Shown here in pieces: positions 36,890 to 47,762 of a stretch of DNA of 64,000 nt. The stretch covers positions 2,356,001 to 2,420,000 of the forward strand of contig OZ287067.1 of assembly GCA_965645245.1 (NCBI GenBank), given 5' to 3'. The notes under the pieces are model-generated. The model saw nothing but the letters and a program-made list of their open reading frames with translations. It had not been told where the DNA came from and did not search any database. Source of the stretch: Massalongia carnosa (lineage: Eukaryota). The translations under genes and the position numbers were made by a program. Each line of letters begins with the position of its first letter. Within the stretch, counting starts at the first letter, position 1.

Positions 36890-38100
36890 CGGGAGCGGGC
36901 GAAACAAGCTGATTCATACATAAGTTCAAGGGGATAAGTGGCGATGATCAGGTTGATTGAGAAAAATCTAAAGCGCGTCGATCTGATCATTTTCAACTCA
37001 CTCCGTTGATGCGCACTCGGCGCGAAAGATTCTTTTCCTTTGTGGGATGCACCGGTATGGGGGTGTAGCTAACTATCCTACGTCCTCGTGGTGTCCCGGA
37101 TTTCCTGTGTAAAAGCCTTGCTTCTTCGTTTTCTCGATTTATATCAGTCAACCTCCTGAAAGTAACTTAACCACTGGAGAGAATGACTCCCTCGCCCATC
37201 CGCATTGCCATCTGCAGCGAAAGCACCGATCAACTTAACAAAAGAGCCTCAAAACACGATCTCGAAGTCCATTCCTCGTCTCTCAAGTTTCGACGTTAGG
37301 GTTCTTTCCACGCTCGACCAAACCTAGCTTGACCAAACCTAGCTCGACCAAACCCTCTCTCTCGACCTAGTTGTCGAGGTCGCAAAACTTGTCTCCTGGT
37401 TCTGATGATCTGCAGCACAGGTGTCGGGGTCGCCATTTCGGCTAATGTCGTCCTGGCATCTGGGCCGTGATAGCCTATGATAGCTAATCGATAGAGAAGG
37501 GCTTTACGAGTACCGATGCCCAAATCCTTAAAAACCGGAGAGTATGATATTATGTTCGCGCACTGTGAATATGAAGGCCCTTGGAGAAGACTACCATGTA
37601 AATAGAGACTTGGCTCTAGGGAGGAATAGCATTGGCTTGTATGGTCATTTGAGGAATTCCGCTCATTGAATGCGAAGACCAACTTCATCTCTCGCTAGTC
37701 CACAGCCTATTGGTTCGCTACCTTCATTGCTCCCTTTTGAGCTTGAATGAAAGATACAATATCCCTTTTTAAAATTGCAAACCTATCCTTAAGAACGTAC
37801 CACATCTGTGAGATGTTTGTCCCTCTGGAGTAGACAAGGCTTGCAACCGCCTTCACGCCCATATGGTTTATGACTATTGGTTTGAAAATTTCTTTCAAAC
37901 TTCATTAATATTCGTCACCTTGTTTAGTAGATTAAAATTCATAATTTCGCTGTGCCCCTGATTTTTGGGACTATCTTAGAAGTATCGTTCGGGGAGGGGT
38001 TAAGTGGCAGTCCCCAAATAGCGGGGCAATCATATCATTTTTCAAGCTACACACCAACCAGAAGGTATTCGGTTTCTAGAATAAGAAACTTTTTTTCGTT

Positions 38101-38886
38101 ATGGCAGTTGAATCGCGAAGGCACCTTCCTAAGCGCCTAGTTGGCGTCAGCTTTAAAATGTACTTTGATCTCCCCGAAACCATAGCCTATCTCACAGCTT
38201 TATCGACAGCATACCGCAATCCTCACCAGAGCTGCGGCATCTTCGTCCTTCCATCATCCCCTGCCATCTACACCGCAGCTACTATACTTTCCGCAAACCG
38301 CAACGTCTGGCTAGGAGCACAAAGTTGTCATTGGGAAGACAGCGGAGCATACACGGGCGAAGTCTCGCCCTTAATGCTCAAACAACTTGATTGCAAAATC
38401 GTGGAGATGGGCCACGCGGAAAGGAGACAACCACCATTCAACGAGCATGGTGATATCACATCCAAGAAAGCTAAGGCGGCAGTACGAAATGGCTTGATTC
38501 CACTCATATGTATCGGCGAAAACTCACAAAGTAAGATCATTTCTGAAGGGGTGGGGCTAGCGATCTGGGAGTGCGACATGCAGATTACGGCAGTTTTGGA
38601 TGTGGTGCCACAAGACGCGGATCTGATCTTTGTGTACGAGCCAGTCTGGGCGATCGGCGCTCTTGGACCTGCAACGGCGGACCACGTTCTTGCTGTTGTG
38701 GGGGAACTAAGGAAGCGAATAATTGGGAGAGGACGAAGTGGAGAGGTAAGGATTTTATATGGAGGAAGTGCGAAGCCTGGAACTTGGGAGACGTTGAAGA
38801 ACGGAGTTGACGGTTTGTTTTTGGGGAGGTTTGTGCATGATGTGGAGGCTTTCAAACAGGTGGTTAAGGAAGTTGGCAAGGAATAA
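38101..38886 (+). CDS. Triosephosphate-isomerase-family protein of the divergent non-glycolytic type, 261 aa, intronless
   Basis: GVSFKMYF (SxK instead of NWK), GAYTGEVSP, MGHAERR, YEPVWAIG, LYGGSAKPG, DGLFLGRF. Confidence 0.88.
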   Translation: MAVESRRHLPKRLVGVSFKMYFDLPETIAYLTALSTAYRNPHQSCGIFVLPSSPAIYTAATILSANRNVWLGAQSCHWEDSGAYTGEVSPLMLKQLDCKIVEMGHAERRQPPFNEHGDITSKKAKAAVRNGLIPLICIGENSQSKIISEGVGLAIWECDMQITAVLDVVPQDADLIFVYEPVWAIGALGPATADHVLAVVGELRKRIIGRGRSGEVRILYGGSAKPGTWETLKNGVDGLFLGRFVHDVEAFKQVVKEVGKE

Positions 38887-39453
38887 TATTGGAAAGTGGC
38901 GGAATCCAAATAGCTCACCCAGGATGGCAAGATGCCAGCCAGATGGTCTGGAGGAGTTTGGACTTAGAGTGTTCGAAAGCCCGCAATGGAGCATAAACTC
39001 TATCCACTACCGCATCAATTTATCCGCCTCTTAGAAGACGCTTGGTATTTTTCTCTGCTCATCCAACTCGAACATCAACTGTCAAATTTCATAGCTCTTT
39101 GTGGTAATACAATCACTCTATAGTAGCATATCGAGCTAAAGAACAAGTCACTACCTACCTCATTTATTCGGCTTGTAACAGATTTTTCGTCAAGACGAAC
39201 TTTAACATATTACTTGCTGCCAGAGATTCCTATAATTGAAGGCGACCGAGCGAGAGTGCGTGGCATGGATAGTCCCCCTCATGCCGTCGGCCTGACCTCG
39301 GCAATACCCCACCAACGATATGAATGGGGGGCACCTCTCAACGATTTCAAAAGCTTCGTCATTCTGCATCACCCCCCTCGACCTACCAAATCTTACCCCA
39401 AGCCCTAACAACAGCCTTACATATTTCTTCGCCGAAAAAAACAGTCAGTAACC

Positions 39454-40045
39454 ATGGCTACTAAATCAGCCGCTTTCGAGAAAGCCATCACGGAAAGCCG
39501 CAAGCTGAAAGCGAAACCCACCAATGACGAACTTCTCGAGGTATCTTGATCCGTCCTGCGAAGGTAAAGGGAATTCCTGGAATTACAGCTATGCTAATGT
39601 AATATGTGAGTGCGATAGCTTTATGCGCTGTTTAAGCAGGGAAGTCAAGACCCGCCGTTCAATCCTGCGGACAAACCTGGTGCCTACAATTTCCAGGTAT
39701 GTCTATTTGTTTCTGCGTAAACATATTATAGAAGCTTTCTTGCATATACTCTCCAACTTCTGGTCAAACTCGTCCCATAATGCCTCATTTCTAGGTTCGC
39801 CAGCCAGTCCGTAGCGCCGTGCCTACACCCTTATTCTCTCGCCAATTTCCACCCGAAAGCTGATGCTGCTTCTAAATTTCCCCAAAATTGACTTCTTGAC
39901 TAATTAATTTTCCGGTACACAGGCTAAATACAAGTTCAATGCATGGCAAAAAGTTGTCGACGAAAAGGTTACCCCGAAAGACGCGCAAGAGAAATACGTT
40001 GCGCTAGTTGAGAAATTGAAAGGCGTTTATGGGTTTGAAGCTTAG
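39454..40045 (+). CDS. ACB1: Acyl-CoA-binding protein; 3 exons 39454-39540, 39619-39696, 39923-40045; 95 aa (not in the ORF track)
   Basis: Spliced MATKSAAFEKAITESRKLKAKPTNDELLE|LYALFKQGSQDPPFNPADKPGAYNFQ|AKYKFNAWQKVVDEKVTPKDAQEKYVALVEKLKGVYGFEA*; canonical introns. Confidence 0.93.
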
Positions 40046-40499
40046 GACCCGAGACGATGGCTTGCGGGGATGCTGGAAGGCTTTGAGAGGGTGGCAGGTG
40101 TTTCCTCTTGTAGAGAGATACGTGTTCTGGGAGAATCTTCTTATCTTGAAGCCCGAGATTAGGGATTGGTGGATAAACACATATACTACACTTCCTCGCG
40201 CCTCCATCCTGACTAGCCTTCCTTAGCCCGACCTCGTTTTGCTGTAGTGTAACCAGTTCCAGCATAATTGAAGTCGGCGCACCCCACGTTATGCAAAACC
40301 GACCCATCCTCTTTATCCACATAGATTTCGTGCTAATGGACGTTAATATTTGTTCTCTTGGGGAGGTGTGTATTCTTTTCGTCTTGTTGAATAGAAAATA
40401 GAATGTAAGGATTCGCTCATAGAGAAAAGGGGCCGAAATAAGCGATGAAAATACGGAGAGGACGCTCCATTTTAAAATAGAAACTTGGCTGGGTGATTA

Positions 40500-40906
40500 T
40501 GGCGTAAGATTTAGGCCTCAGGCAGTTCAACGAACATCTGAAAATTCTAAAATGGGTAAGGTAAGATTAATTAAAGGGAGGCTGGAAATGGAGAGTTGGT
40601 TGAGACGCCAAACGTGGAACTCCCTTGGCAGTTCAACGAAATGTCCAAAAACCCCAAATGGTATCCCGCGATTACTTTGTGCAAGGGTTAGACTCCCGGC
40701 CGTTCAACGAAAAACTTTTAAAGCTCTAGAAAATGATAAAATATGAGCTTATAATATCATTGGCTGAGAGCTTAGCGTAAAATTTAGGCTCCCGGAACAT
40801 AGCAACCTGTAAGAGGAATAGTTGCTAGATCAAATCTTGGATCTCCAAAGTTGAAACATGACGAATGGTTATGGCGCCAGATCTGAGGATCCGGCTGTTC
40901 GACGAA
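40500..40906. repeat. Five degenerate dispersed copies of a ~35-bp motif
   Basis: TGGCGTAAGATTTAGGC..GGCAGTTCAACGAA-like units near 40500, 40604, 40678, 40773 (partial) and 40872. Confidence 0.6.
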
Positions 40907-41050
40907 AAAGTATGGAAAACTCGGGAAAGGCTTAGCTGCGGGTTTCAGGGGTTCAGCCTCAGCCTTGTGTTACCTAACATTTTCCAGGTTCAAAAAGATT
41001 AGACGGATGCAGAGATAGGTTTTCATTGGCTAGAACATGTCTTCCATCCG

Positions 41051-41267
41051 ATCGGTCCTCCTCCTTCTACACCATCGGTCCTCCTCCTTCTACACCATCG
41101 GTCCTCCTCCTTCTACACCATCGGTCCTCCTCCTTCTACACCATCGGTCCTCCTCCTTCTACACCATCGGTCCTCCTCCTTCTACACCATCGGTCCTCCT
41201 CCTTCTACACCATCGGTCCTCCTCCTTCTACACCATCGGTCCTCCTCCTTCTACACCATCGGTCCTC
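41051..41267. repeat. Perfect 23-bp tandem repeat, 9.4 copies
   Basis: (ATCGGTCCTCCTCCTTCTACACC)9 plus ATCGGTCCTC. Confidence 0.97.
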
Positions 41268-41454
41268 ACCACAGAGACGCCAAAGGCCTCACCGTGGGGC
41301 GACCGTCAAACATATAGATTTGCTCCTATCTCTTCGCATCAAAACAATGCTAATTTAACTCGTTCACACGCGTCGCAGACGTACGTACGGAAGAGGATAC
41401 GAAGGCCAACCGCCGGGGGGTCGAATGCGCGCGTCCCTGCACCATGTTTCTAAG

Positions 41455-42120
41455 GGTTCAAGTCCCTTCATGCTGTCATCAGCTGGAAGAAGATGTGGAC
41501 CAAAGGAGCCGCATCATCCCCCACCCGGACACAGTCGACACGCGTTCTAGCTCCTGAGAGTTCAAGTCTCCCCATGCAGTCATCAGCTGGGATCAACAGA
41601 ACGCGTAAAGGCACCGGGGCGAATGCTGTCACCTCAAGAAAACTCCATCTCGGAGCAGAATAACAATATCCCATTTAACAGGCCCGGCCTGTTAAATAAA
41701 ATCGAGGAAAACACAGAGTCACAAAACACATAGTCATCAATCACACGTTGTATAAAGCACACAGTCACAAACATACAGTCACAAAACACAGTCACAAATC
41801 AATAACACGTCCCTGTGAAAGGGGTTCTGCGGGGGCTATTTAAGGCAGATCTGCACCCCGTCAATATCGGAGTACATATTTTTAGAGGTTCAAGTCCTTT
41901 CTAGCAGTCATCAGCTAAAAATTAATGCATTTTGACACGGGCATGGTGTGGATTTGACACGGGTAGACCTCGATGGATCACAAAACGAATGAAAAGAGTT
42001 CAGCGGAACTTCGTTAATATTGTTCTCGAAGACCTCGTTAATAAGATTTTCATAGACCTCGTTAACAACGTTCGGTCATACTCTTAAAGGTTCAACTCCT
42101 TTCATGCAGTCATCGGCTGA
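41455..42120 (+). repeat. Four dispersed ~31-bp repeats each starting with a B-box-like sequence
   Basis: Consensus GGTTCAAGTCCTTTCATGCAGTCATCAGCTG at 41455, 41559, 41887, 42089; three match GGTTCRANNCC. Confidence 0.75.
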
Positions 42121-42828
42121 GAGCTAGAGACGTACGACACGGGTCAGCTATGTCTATCACACGGGTCTCCTTCGTCTACAGCACGGAGCCTTCCGGCTGA
42201 AAGAAATAAAACATATAGACACATAGTGTAGGGTCACACCCTACACGATACAAGGAATTTGGGTTATGAAAACCATCCGATTGATGGCTACCGTGAGCAA
42301 CACGGCCCGAACCGGAGTCGTACCGGGGATGGTGGAGGCAACCTAGTCATCAAATAGGACACCCTTAGGACAAGAAGAGGGCAATATACGAGGAACCCGT
42401 TAACTGATAACAGTCTAGGTCCTGAGCTAATAGACGAATTTCAAACGAGCACCTCTCCGAGTTGTCCTTGACTCGTTTTGGTTAGTAGGGACGGAATATC
42501 GATACTATACTGCCTGGTCAGGAGCATAGTGGTCGAAATCCCTGCGAGACATGGTCGGTTCATAAACGGGAGACCTTTATGAATAACGCGAAGTGGGCGT
42601 AAAAAACCCGTGAGGCGTGGTATACAATGGCGGCCACCGTACGGAGACCGTCTGCAGAGCCCGAGAGGACATGTTTCAGCTGGCTGAGACAGTATTTTGT
42701 TTTGTTTTGTGTAATGAATGATAAATTCACGTGTAGGTATAATAGCATGATTGTCATTGAAGGTAATTATCTATGTGGGCTATCTACCTGCTTTTATAGC
42801 ATTAATATAACAGTGATGCTGAGGCCTC

Positions 42829-42993
42829 CCATAGCTGCCTGTTAGGCACCTCCATAACTGCCTGTTAGGCACCTCCATAACTGCCTATTAGGCACCTCTT
42901 ATAGATGCCTGGTAGGCACCCGTGGGACTCACGATGGATGCCTATATTGATGGTAGCCTGACCATCTAACCGATGGTAGCCTCACCATTTAAC
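42829..42993. repeat. Two adjacent 23-bp-period arrays of internally palindromic units
   Basis: CCATAACTGCCTGTTAGGCACCT x~4 (42829-42920; TGCCT-N3-AGGCA) and GATGGTAGCCTGACCATCTAACC x2 (42949-42993; GATGGT-N6-ACCATC). Confidence 0.85.
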
Positions 42994-43488
42994 ATTGTGC
43001 AGCAAAACGTTCAGAAACAAAGATCGGTCATCTCAAAAGGACATATTACCAAAAAAAAATCGTTGGTTTAGCGCTGTAAATGCGAAAGATAAAAACAAAA
43101 CTGCTTGCTTTCTCGGACTTTACATTCTCCTCTCGCGAGGAGGGGTTGCAGCATTAAACATTAGGGGGGTGTGTATAGCGGTAGTAGGGGGGTTTTTACC
43201 ACATCAATATTTTGCAATTGGAGACTTAATTGTTGATTTCAAATTAGAATTGCTGTTTTGTTGTGTAGTGACGATGGCCTTTATCTCGAGACGATAAGAT
43301 AAGGGATCAACATTGCTTGATCACGATGTTAAATAGTTACAGATTTGGTCTTTGATAAATAAATCTGATATTAAGTGTCAACAGTTGACATAAATTCGCA
43401 GTTTAAGATTGTTCATCTAGAGTGCCCGCCAAGTTTGAAAGCGCATTTTCTCGACCTTTCTATTGTAGCGCTCATGCAAGAGGCTCGA

Positions 43489-44250
43489 CTAGACCGAAAT
43501 CGTGATTCCTCCGTTCCACGCATCGATCGCTTTGGTGAGAGTCCCGTCCAGAGAGTCCTTCTTAGCTGTTGCCTCGGACGCATTGTCAGGGACGAGGTCG
43601 ATCAATTCGAATGCGATAGTCTGCGTGGAATTCGACGTTAGTGGATCATCACAGCTCCCGAGCTGGGAAAGGCAACCACTAAGAGCTGCAAGGAAGTGAA
43701 GGGTGTGTAGGGGTGTAGATAGACGAGACCAAATTAGTACATACGTCGACAACTGATTCGAGCTGCCTAAGAACTTGGGCCAACGGCGGGCCGACGTAAG
43801 GGATCAGGTTAGGCACGATGCCGGCTTTGCCAATAAGGATATTAAGAAGTGCTTGATGAACTTCGACAAACTGTACGAGGAGTCAACAGGTGTCCTTCTC
43901 AATGCAAGGACGGAAATATCGTCTCACGGTCGTCAACGACTTGACAATGGCATCTTCATCGGATTTGACTGTATATGGCCGAGTCCCACTGAGCTGAGAG
44001 ATGGTGGCCCCACACGTGGTAACGATGTCAGTCAGGCGAACAATGACAACCTAAAGCCCCGGCTTAATCAGCTGTTTTCCTTTAGCCAGGAGAAATGATC
44101 TATTTATACAGGAATGGGCCCAAAACCCGACACCGCAAGGGCAATATTGACAACGTTGATCTGATTGGCTGGCCCTTGACAGGACTGAGATTTTAGCGTA
44201 AGAACATCAAGAGCTGCGCAGACATCTGAGGAGGCTAGTCCGGCAGGCAT
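43489..44250 (-). CDS. UVI-1-like fungal protein; 4 exons 44250-44110, 44050-43928, 43870-43745, 43620-43489; 173 aa from first ATG (start may lie further upstream)
   Basis: Three phase-0 GT..AG introns join LTLKSQSCQGPANQINVVN..GFGPIP|VVIVRLTDIVTT..|FVEVHQALLNILIGKAG..YVGPPLAQVLRQLESVVD|TIAFELIDLV..SLDGTLTKAIDAW; family assignment recalled from the VHQALLNILIGKAG motif. Confidence 0.78.
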
Positions 44251-47200
44251 AACGACCGTTGTGCCTCCTAATGACAATCTTGGAGCCGTTGTGAAGAAAT
44301 TATTTGGACAATGCTTTTAAAAATCCAATTAATCGAATGCTGTTTGTGTGAGTGTGCTGCTGAAGATAAAATTTTTCGAAGGGACTGAGCTGCCTTTTAT
44401 GTTTCTCCCGAGTTGACGGCTGGCTTCCTGCTCGACCGTATTCGGAGATCCGTTTTTTTTCATTAACAAGAGTCCACTGTGTCTTACGTCTGCGCAAGAT
44501 AGATTTAGCCAATCCGATTCCAAGCTCACCAAGTCTCTAGCTTAGACGTGAGATAAGGGTTAGATCAATGGCCCCTGCCGAGTCCACTCCGCGAGAGCCT
44601 ATAGTGCATGCATGTTGAAGAGGAGAACAAACTCTGATATGAGCCTTTGCGCAAAGTCGAAATTAGCACAGCTGAAGAGGCGCGTTCCAGATCTTTGTTC
44701 AGCTGGTCTAGGCCATCGATGTGGCTTGCGTAGTGGATTGTTGACACTCAAGAAGTTCACAGCGTAGGACGACATCAACTGGAACAGAGCTTGAGCAGCA
44801 GTCATCCCTCTATCTCATGGCCAACATAAATTAACGAGCTTCCAACCGCTGGTTGATGAATATCATCCAACATGACATCAAACGACACCGAAGGAAGGAA
44901 AGAGAGGCACGAATTGTTAGTTAAGAAAGCCGACATGGGAGATGGGCTCGCTACAATGTTGATAGCTGCAGCAGTAACTCTGCGCTCTACATTAACAGCT
45001 CTACCGAAAGGCCGAGCTGCAGCGGAACGCCATCGACGAGCGAAAGGGTGGTTACATTATCGAATAGGATGAACATGACGTATTCCGGACTGTGGCAACC
45101 AGCTGAATCCCAACATCCCCAATCTTACCTGCATGATTTGCGAGGATAGGAAACAAGCGATCTAGTGTCGATTGTTGCCCGGTGACGGAGAATTCCTATT
45201 TTCGCTCGAAAGTCTAAGGGAAACGCCACTGCTGTTCTGTACGTTTGTTTTGGGTTTGGTTTTGGCTTTTCTTCCCCAGCGAACCATAACTAAGCTAAGC
45301 CTCAATAGGCTTATTATCATCAGTAGCCTTTAGTACTAATCGTCGGCTCGCTTAATCGTCGGCTCGCTTACCTCCGGGATCCGACTTGAAAAAATGTCGA
45401 CCGCATTTTAGTCGGGGAAAGCGGTTGCATCCCGGAAAGCGGTTGCATCCCCTCAAATTCAAATTTCTTCATCTTTTTGATCATTGACCAACAACCACAT
45501 TGATTAAAAATCAGTCGCTACCGTACATAGCTTGAAAATCATTTCTCCGACCCAACTGATTATCAATTCAAATCCTTTCCTTTCGAATCAATCCCCCGAA
45601 CCAATCTCCCCTTTCGAATCATGGATAACGACGCCTCCCTTGTCTCCATTCTCAACCCCATGGAAAGATTGAAAAAGGCGAAGGAATTTCTGACAAATCA
45701 TCCCAAAGAAAGTAAAACGACTGCAGCTAGAATCTACAATATCAACGTCAAAACTTTGACGTCTTCCAGTCGTCGACCAGAAGGGAGGAAAATTGGAGGA
45801 CAAAATCAGATACTAAGGGAGCATGAGGCAAGGTCAATTACTGGCTTTATTAAGTCCTTATTGATTCATGGAATTCTTCCTACACATCAGATGGTTTTCA
45901 AGGCTATTGTAAGTCTGAAAAAGGCCTATAACCCCCTCGAGGTAGGCCCGTCAAGAAGATGGTTTCGGAGCTGGTGGAAATGTAACAAACTTCATAAAAT
46001 AAAGACAAAACCACTAGCAATGATTCGTTATAAAGCTGCCCAAGAATCAGATGTGATGGAATGGTTTGAAAGGTATAGAGAGGTGTTGAAAGAGTTGAAA
46101 ATTCGAAAAAGTCGGAACATTTTGAACTTTGATGAAGCTGGTTTTAGGGTTGGATGCATGAGGGGTCAGGAAATCATTGTTCCTGAGGAAATCAAACAAT
46201 TCTACGCCGTCAGCCCGGAAAAGCGCAGATCTGCGACAGTTATGGAGACTATCAATGCTGCCGGCGACTATCCCCCCCTCCAATGATCATCGTACAGGGT
46301 CATGACATCATGGCCACATGGTTTTCGGAAGGTGTGCCCGAGGGCACGTATGTCGTGCCCTCGAACAGTGGTTTTACATCTGATAAGATAGCAATTGAAT
46401 ATTTGAAGAATCTTATCAAACATACAAATGCAGGACCTGATGCGGAATGGCAATTATTGCTGATGGATAATCATGGCAGTCATACAACCCCTGAATTTTC
46501 ACTTTTGGCCAATGAGAATCGCATTCGACCCTTTCCCTTTATACCGCATTTAACTCATTGCATGCAACCATTGGATGTGGGCGTATTTCAGCCTTATAAG
46601 CATTGGCATTGCAAAGCTATTGAGGAAGTCGTTGCGTCGTCATTTGTCGAGTATTCTATGTCTCAATTTATACAGGACTTGACCAAAATCAGAAATCATA
46701 CATTCAAGACTTCTACGATTCGGCATGCATTTGAAAAGTCGGGAATGTGGCCGATTGATCCAAAGGCATGCATTCGTCAGCTGGAAAATTTCAATCCCAA
46801 TGATCCCAATGATTCATTAAACAGTCTGAATACGAATAATGAGCCCTCATTACCTCTACCCCCACCTCGTCAAATCCAACCGACAAAAGTAGCTGACATT
46901 GAGTATGGTTTGAGTCAATGGGGACCGAAAATCAGAAAATCCATGCAATGGAGTGATCCCGCTCGGGCTGAGGAATGGGACTCATTTGTAGACAATACAA
47001 ATGAAGTTGTTTCGAATACGATTATCGATGGCATGGAGCTGGAAATGCATCGAGAATCAAGAAGAAGTCAGTTAAATAACAGACGAATGTCTCGTAAACG
47101 TCTGAGACCAGAAACCGGAAGATTGGGAATCACAGCGGAAGATGCAAAGCAGGCTATAGCCATCAGACTACAACAGGATCAAGAGGCTGAGGAGAAACGA

Positions 47201-47254
47201 GCGAATAATAGCTTCATGAAGCTATGGCGCATAGAAAGAGACGAAATGCATGTC

Positions 47255-47678
47255 TGTCACGGAATCGCTTCGCACCCTCCCGCTTGTCCTGATCGGGTTA
47301 GTATTTAACAGGGCCCATTGCTGTCATCCATCGTGCTCAGGCGTTCTTCTGCCGCCCTCAGCGCACTATCAATCTCCTACAATCCGTATCCAATCTCAAC
47401 GTCTCCACTATCCAGGCTTATGACTGAGAGTGCTTCAGCACAGATAAAGGCGGGATAGGTCAAAGCAATCATGTTAAGGAAATTAGTACAGGAACAGAGA
47501 CGGGGCAAGTCGAGAATAGGAGAGTTGAAAGCCATGGCTATAAAGTCTATGTGGTTTCCCAGGTGTTTAGAGCTCTTCATCGGACGTCTTGTGTATTATT
47601 CTCAACTTCTAGTTTTAGCATATCTAGATATCCGTTCTGCAAGATAGAGTCTTGTATCTCTCCAGCCCTCCCCTGACA
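47255..47678 (+). repeat. 5' LTR
   Basis: TGTCAC...CTGACA, no difference seen from 53473-53896; TATAAA at 47539-47544. Confidence 0.97.
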
Positions 47679-47680
47679 TT

Positions 47681-47689
47681 ACGTCCGAT
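47681..47689 (+). promoter_or_regulatory. Self-priming primer-binding site
   Basis: ACGTCCGAT, 2 nt after the 5' LTR, is the exact reverse complement of ATCGGACGT at 47579-47587 within the LTR; no TGG tRNA-type PBS. Confidence 0.75.
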
Positions 47690-47762
47690 CTATATTTTTT
47701 TGTATTTTTCAAAGCACTATTCTTCCTTTCTCTTTTCGTTTTTTGCCTATAGATAATCAGTC

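Noticed and set aside
37296..37898. Possible helicase-motif remnant and 15-bp x3 repeat
   Set aside because: GIGTRKALLY is only a weak P-loop resemblance; nothing else supports it
41455..42120. tRNA genes
   Set aside because: T-loop-like motifs lack acceptor, D and anticodon stems
42226..42246. Helitron 3' hairpin
   Set aside because: No CTRR terminus at the expected distance on either strand and no Rep/helicase remnant
41051..42993. CRISPR-like arrays (also 27215-27477 and 54996-55121)
   Set aside because: Head-to-tail repeats with no unique spacers, no cas genes, eukaryotic context
40400..45330. Starship element
   Set aside because: No tyrosine-recombinase captain or typical cargo visible; boundaries cannot be defined from one window
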